Shown here: positions 34,653-43,385 of the stretch, piece by piece
Layout of the letters: each line of letters opens with the position of its first letter
Numbering within the stretch: the first letter of the stretch is position 1
IMG/VR virus record: IMGVR_UViG_3300016667_000768
Location: 1 to 43,385 of that record
DNA length: 43,385 nucleotides
From: a virus
Lineage: Duplodnaviria > Caudoviricetes
Reading direction: 5' to 3' (one strand)
Notes under the pieces: model-generated
What the model saw: the letters and a program-made list of their open reading frames with translations, nothing else
Told to the model about the DNA's origin: nothing
Databases searched by the model: none
Made by a program: the position numbers and the translations under genes

Positions 34653-35753
34653 TTAAATATGTTTCCAGACGGCATTAATTGGGGTCTTATCAAACCACCC
34701 CGGACCGCTTAGGGTTTCCACCTGTTTAATGATCTGGTGCATTTGCTCACCGACCGTTTCAAGATTATAAATACTCCGCGCTCGTTCCGCTATTTTGGCT
34801 CGGTTCAAACCTTCCACGCTGTTGATTGCGGCCAGATAATCACCGAGCGTATGACAGCGGTAGCCGGTCTCACCGTGGATCATTATTTCATGGAATGCGC
34901 CATAATCCGAGCACAATACGGGAGTGCCGCACAATTGCGATTCAATCCCGGAATTACAGAGCGGCTCAATATAGGTAGTCGGGCATAGCATCGCATAAGC
35001 GCCCCCTACAAGGTCAGAGCGGTATGCACCAGTTACGGGAGGTAGATATTCAAGGTTTGGAATATCGGGGCTGAAAAACGGCCTGGGATCGCCCTCGCCA
35101 CATATAATGACCGGCATATCAACATGCCTTGCAATCTCCCGGACCGTATACAGGCCCTTGCATTCAGTGATTCGGCCAAAATAGAGCAGATAATCACCCG
35201 GCTTTTCTTGGACTTTCCAAAGGTCAATATCATGCCCCATAGGACACACCCACTCGTAAGCGTTGCCAGGAGTCTGCGCCTTGCCATGATGCCAAGACAA
35301 CCAATGATAAGTCTCATATACCCTAAGCGGGAAAGCGCAATCAGGATACCCGATGCCTATTTCCAAATGGAAAGCTTGAGGAAATAACCCACCAAGATCG
35401 GCATGAGCTTTGCCAAAAGGATGGCAGATGATGTCACCCGGTTGCACGCGCTTTGATAGCTCAACTTTCAAACGTTCTGAAAATTCACGATGCAAGCTCG
35501 TGTTAATCGAGTGCGGTACGCCCGGCGATTCAATGTCGGTCAATTTCCTGAGGTCAAGAAATTGATCACGAGTCAGGATTGGAACATATTCGCTTGATTC
35601 CGCCTCGCTGCCCTCGTTTGAGTATTCAATTACCTCATGCCCAAACGGCAGCATCATTTTTCCAAAACGCAATACACGCCCGGTAAAGGCGCAATGTGAA
35701 TAGTCCGCGTTTGCAATCGTGTGAAATAAACCCAATAAATGTAGTCTTGCCAT
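34653..35753 (-). CDS. Glycosyltransferase, GT-B fold (GT4 family)
   Basis: YLLYFGRITECKG and EPLCNSGIESQLCGTPVLCSDYGAFHEI..GETGY (EX7E motif). Confidence 0.92.
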   Translation of the reverse strand: MARLHLLGLFHTIANADYSHCAFTGRVLRFGKMMLPFGHEVIEYSNEGSEAESSEYVPILTRDQFLDLRKLTDIESPGVPHSINTSLHREFSERLKVELSKRVQPGDIICHPFGKAHADLGGLFPQAFHLEIGIGYPDCAFPLRVYETYHWLSWHHGKAQTPGNAYEWVCPMGHDIDLWKVQEKPGDYLLYFGRITECKGLYTVREIARHVDMPVIICGEGDPRPFFSPDIPNLEYLPPVTGAYRSDLVGGAYAMLCPTTYIEPLCNSGIESQLCGTPVLCSDYGAFHEIMIHGETGYRCHTLGDYLAAINSVEGLNRAKIAERARSIYNLETVGEQMHQIIKQVETLSGPGWFDKTPINAVWKHI

Positions 35754-35770
35754 GTTGCTTTATTCCTGTT

Positions 35771-38700
35771 TTATGATTGCCCTAATTTTCTGGCGATTTC
35801 GTTTCCCATACGCAAGCTGCCGTCATTGCTTAAATGGGTTCCGTCTTCGCTTATCCACACATCTTGATTAAAATTGAATGGCGGAAAATTGCCATCATAT
35901 TCTAAATCAATCACTGGGCACGAATAGCGCTGTGCAATGCCGCGAACAACATTATTCATTGCGGTTATTTGGGCTTTTTGGTCTGGCGTTATATCGCGGG
36001 GCTGCGGAGGAGAAACAGTTGTATTTCTTGCGTTGTGTTGATACATCAAAATTACATATACCTGCGCGTTTGGTAGAGCCGTGATTATTTTTTGAATCAT
36101 TCCAGCAAAAACCGCAGCGTATGTGTATCCGGCCGGGACATTCCCCGCGTAATAATCAGCATTGGAAATGCTTGTCAGATTGGTTAACGCGACATCGTTT
36201 GCCGTTCCCAATGGTGTTAATCCGATTCCAGAAGCCGTCCCAAACCCGGCTATTGTCGTTTTATCGTTGATGCCTCCAAACACAAACACGACATCGGGAG
36301 CATAATAAATAAGGTCATCACAACGTGAATATATTGAGTTTGTGGCGGTATTTGTGCCGATACCCACAATCGGCTGGACAAGGGTCCCACCTACGGCGGT
36401 GGGTCTGTGTCCGCCAGTCCCTGTAATGGTTTCCGCGCTGTTCCAATAAAAACCATAGCGGTTAACTAGAAAAGGTTCCCACGGACGATTCACACTCATG
36501 CTATCGCCTAAGAACGCCACTTTTTTATTGAAAAACCGAGTCTGGCCCCAAAAATCCCAATTGTGTACTGGGGCTAGTGTCCATTCTGGTTTTGTTTTTG
36601 CTTTGTAGTAATACGGCTGAGTCGCATAAAGCTCTCCCGCAATGCCTTGATAGTTTGTTATCCCTACCGAAAGGTCGCCTGAACTATTTGCTGTATAGGT
36701 ATAGTTAAATTCAAGAAGCCTCTCCACGCCCGCCTTAAGGTAAGGATAGTATTGGCTTCCAAAAGCATCAATTCTAATCTGAATATCTGTTGTTGACTTG
36801 ATTTTAAACGCCATATTCAGCGTTTCCCCAGCAGTTACAGAATAACCATCGCCAACTCTAAATAAAAATTGAGCTTTTAAGTTTGCAGTTGTGCCAGGCC
36901 AAGCAATTTTATAACACTTGGAAACCGCAGAAAACATATCGCCTGTATAGTAGGATACGGTTGCATCGTTATACGCTGCCATTCCATTTGAAACATCCTT
37001 CCATAGAAGCCAGTCGCCATACAAGTCAATTATTTTAAACCATTGCCGAAGGTTATCAGACGCTTGCACAATTGTTCTGGCCTGATTTGGGGTTAGCCCT
37101 CTGTAACTTTTTAAGGATCGCGCCGCCCCTAAATAGACAATAAACGGGCTAACCCAAAATTGCTCGCCAGCCGTAAAATTCCCGGAAGTTTTTTGAAAGG
37201 CAACCGATAGTGTTGTTTGTGTTGTCACGGTAAACGACCGTTGAACAAAAACTGGCACACCCGCAGCCATGACGGTATCAACGTTTGGCGAAAGCATTCT
37301 AAACGTTCCGCCAGCGCTTGAACGCATCCAGAATCCAAAAATCACATCTCCGCCAACAAAAGCGGCAGGAAAATCTGATTTCTTTATGGTTATTTGACCG
37401 ACAAAAACACTTGTTGATGCAATTCCGGTGAAACAGAGCGCCGGACCAAATACACCGGAAAACAGTTGATTAGATGGGTCGATAGTCCTTGTTGTGTTTG
37501 AAGACCCATAAGAACTCATGTATGCACTGAGGTCGCGCAAAACAAAATCAGGATCATCAAAAATGTTCGATAACAAACTCGTCGCCTGATCAGGCTGGGC
37601 AACGGCGGTGACTGCTGCCGCGCTAGGGTAGGTAGCTACAAGCGTGGCGGTTCCGGTGTCGTTCCGGTAACGGTTAATAATTGTCGGATCGGCAGATATA
37701 ACCTGGAATTGCTGCCCGTTTGTCGTAGCCGCGAGGCCCGCCGCCGTGGTCGCGTAAACATTCGCGTTAATAAACGCCGCATCTTTAGCCGTGGTGGCCG
37801 TTGTCGCGGAGACTTGAGCCGAGCTTGCTTGTGCGGTTGCCGTGCCTGCTTGGGTGGTGGCAATTTCAGCCTGTGTAGTCGCAATGCCCGCTTGAGTTGT
37901 AGCAATCCCGGCCTGAGTCGTTGCAATTCCAGCTTGAGTAGTCGCAATTCCGGCCTGAGTTGTGGCGGTATCCGCCGCCGCCTGAGCTGCTGGCGTGACA
38001 TCACCAGTTGGCCCGGTCGGCCCTTGTATGCCTTGAATGCCTTGCAAGCCAGTAGCGCCCTGCTGGTTATATGAAACCTGCCCGATATTCAGGATCACGC
38101 CCGGCGCAAGGGGGACCAAGGGCAGTGTGGTGGCGGGGATTGATTTGATATAGCAGTTGACGGTTGAAGTCTGCCATTTTATTTGCAAGACATCGCCCGC
38201 AGCAAATACGGTTTCCAGCGGGCTGATTGTGACTAAGTTACCGGGCAGGCCGCCATGTTGACTAGGTATATCAAACCGGCTATTAGAAGCCAGCTGAACC
38301 CCGTTTTTCTCAAACCAACAATTAACGCTTGCCGAGCCGTTTGAATCGTTGACAAGCTGAAGCGAAACCAGAACCGTATAAACGCCAGCGTTATCAAATA
38401 CTATATTAGTTGGGTTTCCAAACCCGTCATTAACCACCCTGACACCGTTTTGAGAATCAACCGAGTTGATAATAACCGGGTAAGTTGTGACGGTGCTTGA
38501 CGCGGTTTGAGTCGCGGTCGTGTCGTAGAATGAGCCAAAATAACCAATAGTGCCCGGCTCACCACGCGGCCCTGTGGCCCCGGTATTTCCGGGTATGCCT
38601 TGCAAGCCAGTTGCCCCGGTGGTTCCGACCCCGGTGGCCCCTTGGTTCCCTTGAATGCCTTGGATACCTTGCAAACCTTGCAAACCTGTGGCCCCGGTAT

Positions 38701-39295
38701 TGCCTTGTAAACCTGTGGCACCCTGTAAACCCGTAGCCCCAGCCGGACCGATAAAAGGCCCCGCGTTAAACCATCCGGAAACCGTGTATATATAAATGTC
38801 GCCGTTACTAATAACTGAATATGCCGAGTTTAAAGCCGCCGATGGTGGCAATTCAGCGGGAGTATTGACTGAGCCCAAAAGCGTAAAGTTAAGGCCCGGA
38901 CTACCTTGCAAGCCTGTTGCACCCTGGCCGCCCTGTGGCCCGGTCGCGCCCTGATTTCCGGGTACGCCTTGGATGCCTTGAATGCCTTGTAAACCCGTAG
39001 CACCTTGGAATATACCCAAGTCAACCCACCCGTTAACGGTGGACCACGCATATAAATGCCCGTTGCTTTGGACAATATAAGCATCATTCTGCTGGTTTCC
39101 GGTTGCTGGCAGGCTTGCGTAACTTGGAACTGAACCAATTATGTTGATTCCCAAGCCCTGAGGCCCGGTCGCACCAGTTGGCCCGGTAGCCCCAGGGGGT
39201 CCCGCTATTATGTCGCCAAGTCTTGTAATAATCGTGTTGTCGGCAGGGCATGACGTTGGATCGGTGTCCCAAAGAGTCTGGATTGTGTTAGGCAT
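35771..39295 (-). CDS. Long fibre/tailspike: collagen-like repeats, C1q-like domain, heptad stalk and C-terminal SGNH esterase; likely start MPNTIQ at 39295
   Basis: G-X-Y runs; ATTQAGI heptads; SGNH blocks FLGDSM, FGGIND and DGTH. Confidence 0.88.
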   Translation of the reverse strand: MPNTIQTLWDTDPTSCPADNTIITRLGDIIAGPPGATGPTGATGPQGLGINIIGSVPSYASLPATGNQQNDAYIVQSNGHLYAWSTVNGWVDLGIFQGATGLQGIQGIQGVPGNQGATGPQGGQGATGLQGSPGLNFTLLGSVNTPAELPPSAALNSAYSVISNGDIYIYTVSGWFNAGPFIGPAGATGLQGATGLQGNTGATGLQGLQGIQGIQGNQGATGVGTTGATGLQGIPGNTGATGPRGEPGTIGYFGSFYDTTATQTASSTVTTYPVIINSVDSQNGVRVVNDGFGNPTNIVFDNAGVYTVLVSLQLVNDSNGSASVNCWFEKNGVQLASNSRFDIPSQHGGLPGNLVTISPLETVFAAGDVLQIKWQTSTVNCYIKSIPATTLPLVPLAPGVILNIGQVSYNQQGATGLQGIQGIQGPTGPTGDVTPAAQAAADTATTQAGIATTQAGIATTQAGIATTQAGIATTQAEIATTQAGTATAQASSAQVSATTATTAKDAAFINANVYATTAAGLAATTNGQQFQVISADPTIINRYRNDTGTATLVATYPSAAAVTAVAQPDQATSLLSNIFDDPDFVLRDLSAYMSSYGSSNTTRTIDPSNQLFSGVFGPALCFTGIASTSVFVGQITIKKSDFPAAFVGGDVIFGFWMRSSAGGTFRMLSPNVDTVMAAGVPVFVQRSFTVTTQTTLSVAFQKTSGNFTAGEQFWVSPFIVYLGAARSLKSYRGLTPNQARTIVQASDNLRQWFKIIDLYGDWLLWKDVSNGMAAYNDATVSYYTGDMFSAVSKCYKIAWPGTTANLKAQFLFRVGDGYSVTAGETLNMAFKIKSTTDIQIRIDAFGSQYYPYLKAGVERLLEFNYTYTANSSGDLSVGITNYQGIAGELYATQPYYYKAKTKPEWTLAPVHNWDFWGQTRFFNKKVAFLGDSMSVNRPWEPFLVNRYGFYWNSAETITGTGGHRPTAVGGTLVQPIVGIGTNTATNSIYSRCDDLIYYAPDVVFVFGGINDKTTIAGFGTASGIGLTPLGTANDVALTNLTSISNADYYAGNVPAGYTYAAVFAGMIQKIITALPNAQVYVILMYQHNARNTTVSPPQPRDITPDQKAQITAMNNVVRGIAQRYSCPVIDLEYDGNFPPFNFNQDVWISEDGTHLSNDGSLRMGNEIARKLGQS
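37826..37966 (-). repeat. 21-bp coding tandem repeat (ATTQAGI heptads)
   Basis: About six to seven degenerate copies, differing mostly at third codon positions. Confidence 0.85.
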
Positions 39296-39617
39296 AGGTC
39301 TCTGATTCGACGACAAAAACGGAAATGGTCGGGGATATAATTACGGAGTCAAATTCGTTGATATATCGGATGTCCCAATATAGGGTGCCGATCGGCCATG
39401 CTAAAGTATCTTCTGGAGTTGCAGTTAGAAGAATCCGCCACTGATCAGAATCGGGCAGAGGTTCCGCAAGCGTTACATCAAGCGTTTGGATTACCGCCCC
39501 GGTTCTGTCCCTGATGTTTGAATTTGCTGACCAAACAAAGTCACCCGGTAAATTAACCAAACCGGCATAACTGAACGTAGCCCCGCGCTTGACGGTTACT
39601 GACTGAATATAGGCCAT
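39288..39617 (-). CDS. Small Ig/BppU-like fibre adaptor protein
   Basis: VKRGATFS and TLAWPIGTLYWDIRY motifs; directly upstream of the long fibre. Confidence 0.65.
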   Translation of the reverse strand: MAYIQSVTVKRGATFSYAGLVNLPGDFVWSANSNIRDRTGAVIQTLDVTLAEPLPDSDQWRILLTATPEDTLAWPIGTLYWDIRYINEFDSVIISPTISVFVVESETYA

Positions 39618-39618
39618 G

Positions 39619-39984
39619 TTACGGAGCCAGGTTCGCGCCCACTGAGCAAGTCAAAGCAGTTCCGCCTGCGGCCGTCAGTACAACCCGCCATTGTGCTGGC
39701 AGAAAATCAGCAACCGCCACATTCGCCGCCGCCGTGATACCCGGACCGATTTTCAGGACAACTTGTCCAGTTGCGCTAATAGCTGCCCCGGTCAAAAGCG
39801 TGTAATACGTGCCGCTGGCGGAATCGTATGCCTCAATTTTCGGGGTAATGCTTCCCGAAGTAAAAGCCGATACGTTTACGATGATCTGACCGAACCTGAG
39901 CGGAGTATCGCTGGAAATGGCCGAGCTGGTATAGGTCGCGGTTAAAGCCGCCGAGGCCCTGATAACTTTGGAAAATTGGCTCAT
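39619..39984 (-). CDS. Small beta-sandwich virion protein
   Basis: Ala/Thr-rich; DSASGTYYTLLTGAAI...GPGITAAAN motif. Confidence 0.65.
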   Translation of the reverse strand: MSQFSKVIRASAALTATYTSSAISSDTPLRFGQIIVNVSAFTSGSITPKIEAYDSASGTYYTLLTGAAISATGQVVLKIGPGITAAANVAVADFLPAQWRVVLTAAGGTALTCSVGANLAP

Positions 39985-40250
39985 TATTTGTTCCTTAACA
40001 GGTGTGAATTGATTATGTTTAACGTCTCATTGACCCGCTTGATATCTTGGCGAATTGTAACGGTCTGATCTTGGTGGAGTTCCTTTAGTGCTTCAACCGT
40101 ATTATTAAATTCATCCTTGGTTACATATTGATCTTCAAGCTTAGTCAATCGACGATGAAGCCAATAATAAGGGGCTGTGACTACTGATATAAGTATCCCC
40201 CAGAATGTCGGGGAATCTATGGGAGGAATATCCATGCTCAATTTCGCCAT
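39984..40250 (-). CDS. Single-TM coiled-coil protein (holin/antiholin-like)
   Basis: N-terminal TM followed by YVTKDEF and a coiled coil. Confidence 0.6.
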   Translation of the reverse strand: MAKLSMDIPPIDSPTFWGILISVVTAPYYWLHRRLTKLEDQYVTKDEFNNTVEALKELHQDQTVTIRQDIKRVNETLNIINSHLLRNK

Positions 40251-40256
40251 ATAAAA

Positions 40257-41387
40257 TTAATACCCAATTGCCTGGTACAATTGAGTTATAGGACCAGTGC
40301 CGCTCCAATTTGAGCCGTTCCATATTTCCGCCCATCCTTTGTATGACGCGGTTGTGATATTAGATACCCCGTGAACTGTTGGATGCCCCACGCCCCAAGT
40401 CAGGTCATTACAAGCCCCCTCACACACCATTACAGACAGACACGCATTCGGGAATGGTTGCGGAAATGTAACGGTCGCAGAGCCGCCCGATATATCAACT
40501 ACGCCCGTTTGAATGAACAAACCATTCGGGAGAATTGTTGTTGATATTCCTGGGTATGGTGTAGTCACGTATGACTGCTCAAACGCCCGCGTGATATTGT
40601 TTAACAGAGCGATCTGTGATGCCGTTGTAGAAGACCATCCTATAGTCCCGTCCGAATTTGTCACCATGGCCTTGCTGCCAGCCAAAGTAGCCAGTCGGCT
40701 TAATTGTGCGGCTGTCGTGCTGGACCACCCCAGCGAGCCATCTCCGTTTGTCACGACCGCTCTATTACCCGCCAGCCCGGTGGGAACACCAAACGGAGAC
40801 ACAAGCCGCCATGACGCGTCAGAAGAATCGTATACAAGGCTGATGGGGGTATTTGCCGGAAGCTGGCCAGCAATCAAGGCCGCGCCGTTTGCGTTTTTGA
40901 TGGTTTTCGCGCCAAGCCCGTTAAGGTTTAGGGTCGGGGTTGTGTTGGTGTTGGCGTTAAGCGTCCAGAAGGTGCATGGCATACCCATGTAATATGCCGA
41001 TTCATGCTGAGGGGTGCTCACCACATAAGCGTTTACCGCCCCTGTATCCACGCCTATCGACGGTTGGACAAATTGATTCATCATGCCCGCCGTGGGCTCT
41101 AAACCTACAAGATCGCCCAAGCTCCATGCCTGCGCCGTGGTTCCTTCCTGACCCCTGATAACCGTAAACGTTGAACCTGAAACGGCGGTCACATACATTA
41201 TCTCGATGGACACATTCGGGGAGTTCTGCCCAGTGACTGTAAGCCTAAAAAACTGAGTTCCTGATGCCGGACTAGGGAACCTGGACGCCGTGCCAGAAGT
41301 GACAGTTATTGTCGTTTGGCTGTCTGTTATATTCCCAGCTAATTGAGAATAGGCATTGTTGGCGTACAGTTCTATTAGTGCGGTCAT
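40257..41387 (-). CDS. Tail fibre protein with gp53-like C-terminal domain
   Basis: ANNAYSQLA and VIRGQEGTTAQAW N-terminus; C-terminal LPNGLFIQTG...VTFPQPFPNACLSV...YQAIGY. Confidence 0.85.
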   Translation of the reverse strand: MTALIELYANNAYSQLAGNITDSQTTITVTSGTASRFPSPASGTQFFRLTVTGQNSPNVSIEIMYVTAVSGSTFTVIRGQEGTTAQAWSLGDLVGLEPTAGMMNQFVQPSIGVDTGAVNAYVVSTPQHESAYYMGMPCTFWTLNANTNTTPTLNLNGLGAKTIKNANGAALIAGQLPANTPISLVYDSSDASWRLVSPFGVPTGLAGNRAVVTNGDGSLGWSSTTAAQLSRLATLAGSKAMVTNSDGTIGWSSTTASQIALLNNITRAFEQSYVTTPYPGISTTILPNGLFIQTGVVDISGGSATVTFPQPFPNACLSVMVCEGACNDLTWGVGHPTVHGVSNITTASYKGWAEIWNGSNWSGTGPITQLYQAIGY

Positions 41388-41392
41388 GGTCG

Positions 41393-42070
41393 TCAGGTTA
41401 AAGTAACTGAATAATTAAAACGAAACGGAAGCGCCAAAACCCCGGTATTTATTGCTGTTTGCAAGTATTCCGCTAAAGGGTTTCCAACTCCGTTTATAGA
41501 TATGTTACACGTAACTTCCGGTGTTGTCGTGTCATCAAATGAAACGCTTATATCAGGGGTGAATGGTGCGGATATATCTCCGCCGTTTTCAGCGTACAAA
41601 AACCGCGCAATTCTTCGCTTAAGCCAAGGGACAGAGAACACGAAGCCATCACCTTTGTAGAATGCCCACGTCAAAATTCGTTTATAGATATCGTCTGGCG
41701 TTTCAAAATTATCAACCGTCTGATAAGCCTGTGTTGTGGCTAAAGCGTTGACGATATTCGGTACGGGTGAAGCCGGCCCGGTAGGCCCGTGATACTTGGC
41801 CGAGGCCAGTTGGCCGATTACGCCAAGAATCTGAAGATTTGACAAACCAGGACGCGGAAGTCCATACAAACCAATTCCCACCCAATCCAATAATTTACCG
41901 CTTAGGCCCGTGTAGACTGGCAGGTTTACGTTATTAAACCAATCAACATAATTCTGCGTGATCGCGTTATATGACTCAATCAATGACGGTAGATCGGGAT
42001 CCGTCTGATACTCAAAATAAAGATATGACGGGATGGTTTGGGTAATGGTGACTGGTGAATCTGGCAGCAT
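41393..42070 (-). CDS. Baseplate wedge protein (gpI/DUF2612-like)
   Basis: LLDWVGIGLYG and DDIYKRILTW...WLKRRIARFL motifs; follows baseplate J. Confidence 0.82.
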   Translation of the reverse strand: MLPDSPVTITQTIPSYLYFEYQTDPDLPSLIESYNAITQNYVDWFNNVNLPVYTGLSGKLLDWVGIGLYGLPRPGLSNLQILGVIGQLASAKYHGPTGPASPVPNIVNALATTQAYQTVDNFETPDDIYKRILTWAFYKGDGFVFSVPWLKRRIARFLYAENGGDISAPFTPDISVSFDDTTTPEVTCNISINGVGNPLAEYLQTAINTGVLALPFRFNYSVTLT

Positions 42071-42071
42071 G

Positions 42072-43280
42072 TCAGGCCTTTACAGTAGTCACGCCAATTG
42101 TGGATATAAAGAAATACCCCTCAGGATCGCCCAACACGATCCCGGTTCCCGTTTCCGGAGGTGTCACAACTGAATCAATGGTCACGACAACATCAATATA
42201 AGTCAGGAGCGGGGTAGGAACTACAGAAACAATTGCCGATTGGAATACGTATTGCAACTCATACTCGTTAATCGGCTGGCCCGGACCGAGAGCGTTGATA
42301 TATTCCTGTATTGGCGTTGAGCATAAAGATTGAACCGCCTCATTAGAAACCGTGTTAGTGCTTGACGTTTTCCAAGTTATTTCTACCGTCACAACTTGCT
42401 GAGGGGGCTGAACGTAGGTGATTAGGTAAGAATCAGGGGTGTCGTATAGGGTTATAGTCTGATCGCGGCTAGAGCTAATCTGAGAGCCCACCAACACATT
42501 AGGATCACCCACGCCAAGGAATATGGCATTAGCAACCGCTACCGGATCGCCGCCGCCGCAGATAACCTGCCAACGGTTTACCGAACTCACAACCACTTGC
42601 CGAATGCTGATAAGCGATTGCACCACGCCAGGCACATTCTGAAGATACGAGCGGATTGCTTGAACCGTACCGGCGCACGCTACAAGGCCCGCGCCTAAAA
42701 CCTGCGAGCGGTAGTCCTCCGGTGACTGGACTCCGGTTGAAGGTATCCCGGTGTTTGGGTTTGTGACTGTCAAAGTCACCCCGGTCGGTACGCTGGACAA
42801 AATCGACGTGACAGAATTTGCAGGAACCGCCCAGGACCCGGACTGAGACGCGACACAGTAGACAGTATTGGATACGCCGGTGGAATTGATTACGGTGGCT
42901 GATTGCGTGACATATTGATATGTGCCGTCTGAAACAATCACGCCAGCCGATATCACAAAACCCGGTGTACCGCTAAACACGACATATACGGCCGTATTCG
43001 AACCGCGCCCCTGCTGCACCCCATAAACCTGACCGAGTTGATTCAATACAAACAGGTTTGCCCCGTATGGAGTCAAACTGTTGACGGTTTCAACCTGAGC
43101 CGAATCTATCAATACAAGCGCAGCCGTGTCGGTGGAGGCAATATCCTCAATCAACGTGCCTGGTAGGTTTGCGGTCAGGCCAGAATTCAGGGCAACCGCG
43201 CCCGCTATAACCTGGTCATGCAGGGATGTGGGGGATTCTGGCGCAAGGCCCGCCGCCGTCATTACAATGGGTAAGCTCAT
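42072..43280 (-). CDS. Baseplate J-like protein
   Basis: LTANLPGTLIEDIAST, LNQLGQVYG and EDYRSQV motifs. Confidence 0.9.
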   Translation of the reverse strand: MSLPIVMTAAGLAPESPTSLHDQVIAGAVALNSGLTANLPGTLIEDIASTDTAALVLIDSAQVETVNSLTPYGANLFVLNQLGQVYGVQQGRGSNTAVYVVFSGTPGFVISAGVIVSDGTYQYVTQSATVINSTGVSNTVYCVASQSGSWAVPANSVTSILSSVPTGVTLTVTNPNTGIPSTGVQSPEDYRSQVLGAGLVACAGTVQAIRSYLQNVPGVVQSLISIRQVVVSSVNRWQVICGGGDPVAVANAIFLGVGDPNVLVGSQISSSRDQTITLYDTPDSYLITYVQPPQQVVTVEITWKTSSTNTVSNEAVQSLCSTPIQEYINALGPGQPINEYELQYVFQSAIVSVVPTPLLTYIDVVVTIDSVVTPPETGTGIVLGDPEGYFFISTIGVTTVKA

Positions 43281-43385
43281 AATCCTATCGGTACATTCTT
43301 GTTAATGATTGCGCCCTGCTGGGTGACGATTGCGACATTATAAACCGGAGTCGGTGAGCCCTTGTCGTTTGTCGCGTTAACCTTT
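43277..43385 (-). CDS. Baseplate wedge protein, 3' part (continues from 260..1)
   Basis: Reads (T)KVNATNDKGSPTPVYNVAIVTQQGAIINKNVPIGL*; ATGA overlap with baseplate J. Confidence 0.85.
   Translation of the reverse strand, partial: KVNATNDKGSPTPVYNVAIVTQQGAIINKNVPIGL

Noticed and set aside
35771-41387. Diversity-generating retroelement or invertible fibre cassette
   Set aside because: No reverse transcriptase, invertase or template/variable repeat pair was seen.

Overview
The window is an apparently complete, circularly permuted 43.4-kb tailed-phage genome: a baseplate-wedge gene reads in frame across the end-to-start junction. The virion module resembles Bcep781-type myoviruses (terminase, DUF1073-type portal, MuF, DUF2213 protease/scaffold, cement, capsid, neck, sheath, tube, chaperone, SLT-bearing tape measure, baseplate, fibres). 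It is followed by a GT4 glycosyltransferase, an M15 endolysin and a holin, all on the minus strand. A lambdoid-style early region sits either side of a Cro-like gene. The minus arm holds a DNA methyltransferase, an initiator with internal iterons, a helicase loader, dUTPase, a DUF5664-like domain and a nuclease. The plus arm holds a YqaJ exonuclease, a RecT-like protein and SSB. I found no integrase, CI repressor, DNA polymerase, tRNA or CRISPR array. The SSB, Cro and sigma70-type promoters suggest a proteobacterial host (inference). Best leads: (1) a glycosyltransferase next to a Thr-rich collagen/SGNH fibre, a candidate virion-glycosylation module; (2) an AT-rich head-module gene whose leader mimics the scaffold, a candidate packaged and injected effector; (3) a pseudoknotted RNA element before the tail chaperone; (4) a repeat-flanked structured non-coding locus before a secreted-protein gene; (5) a family of repeated promoter/hairpin/RBS leaders on early genes. 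All family assignments come from motif recognition by eye, not database searches.
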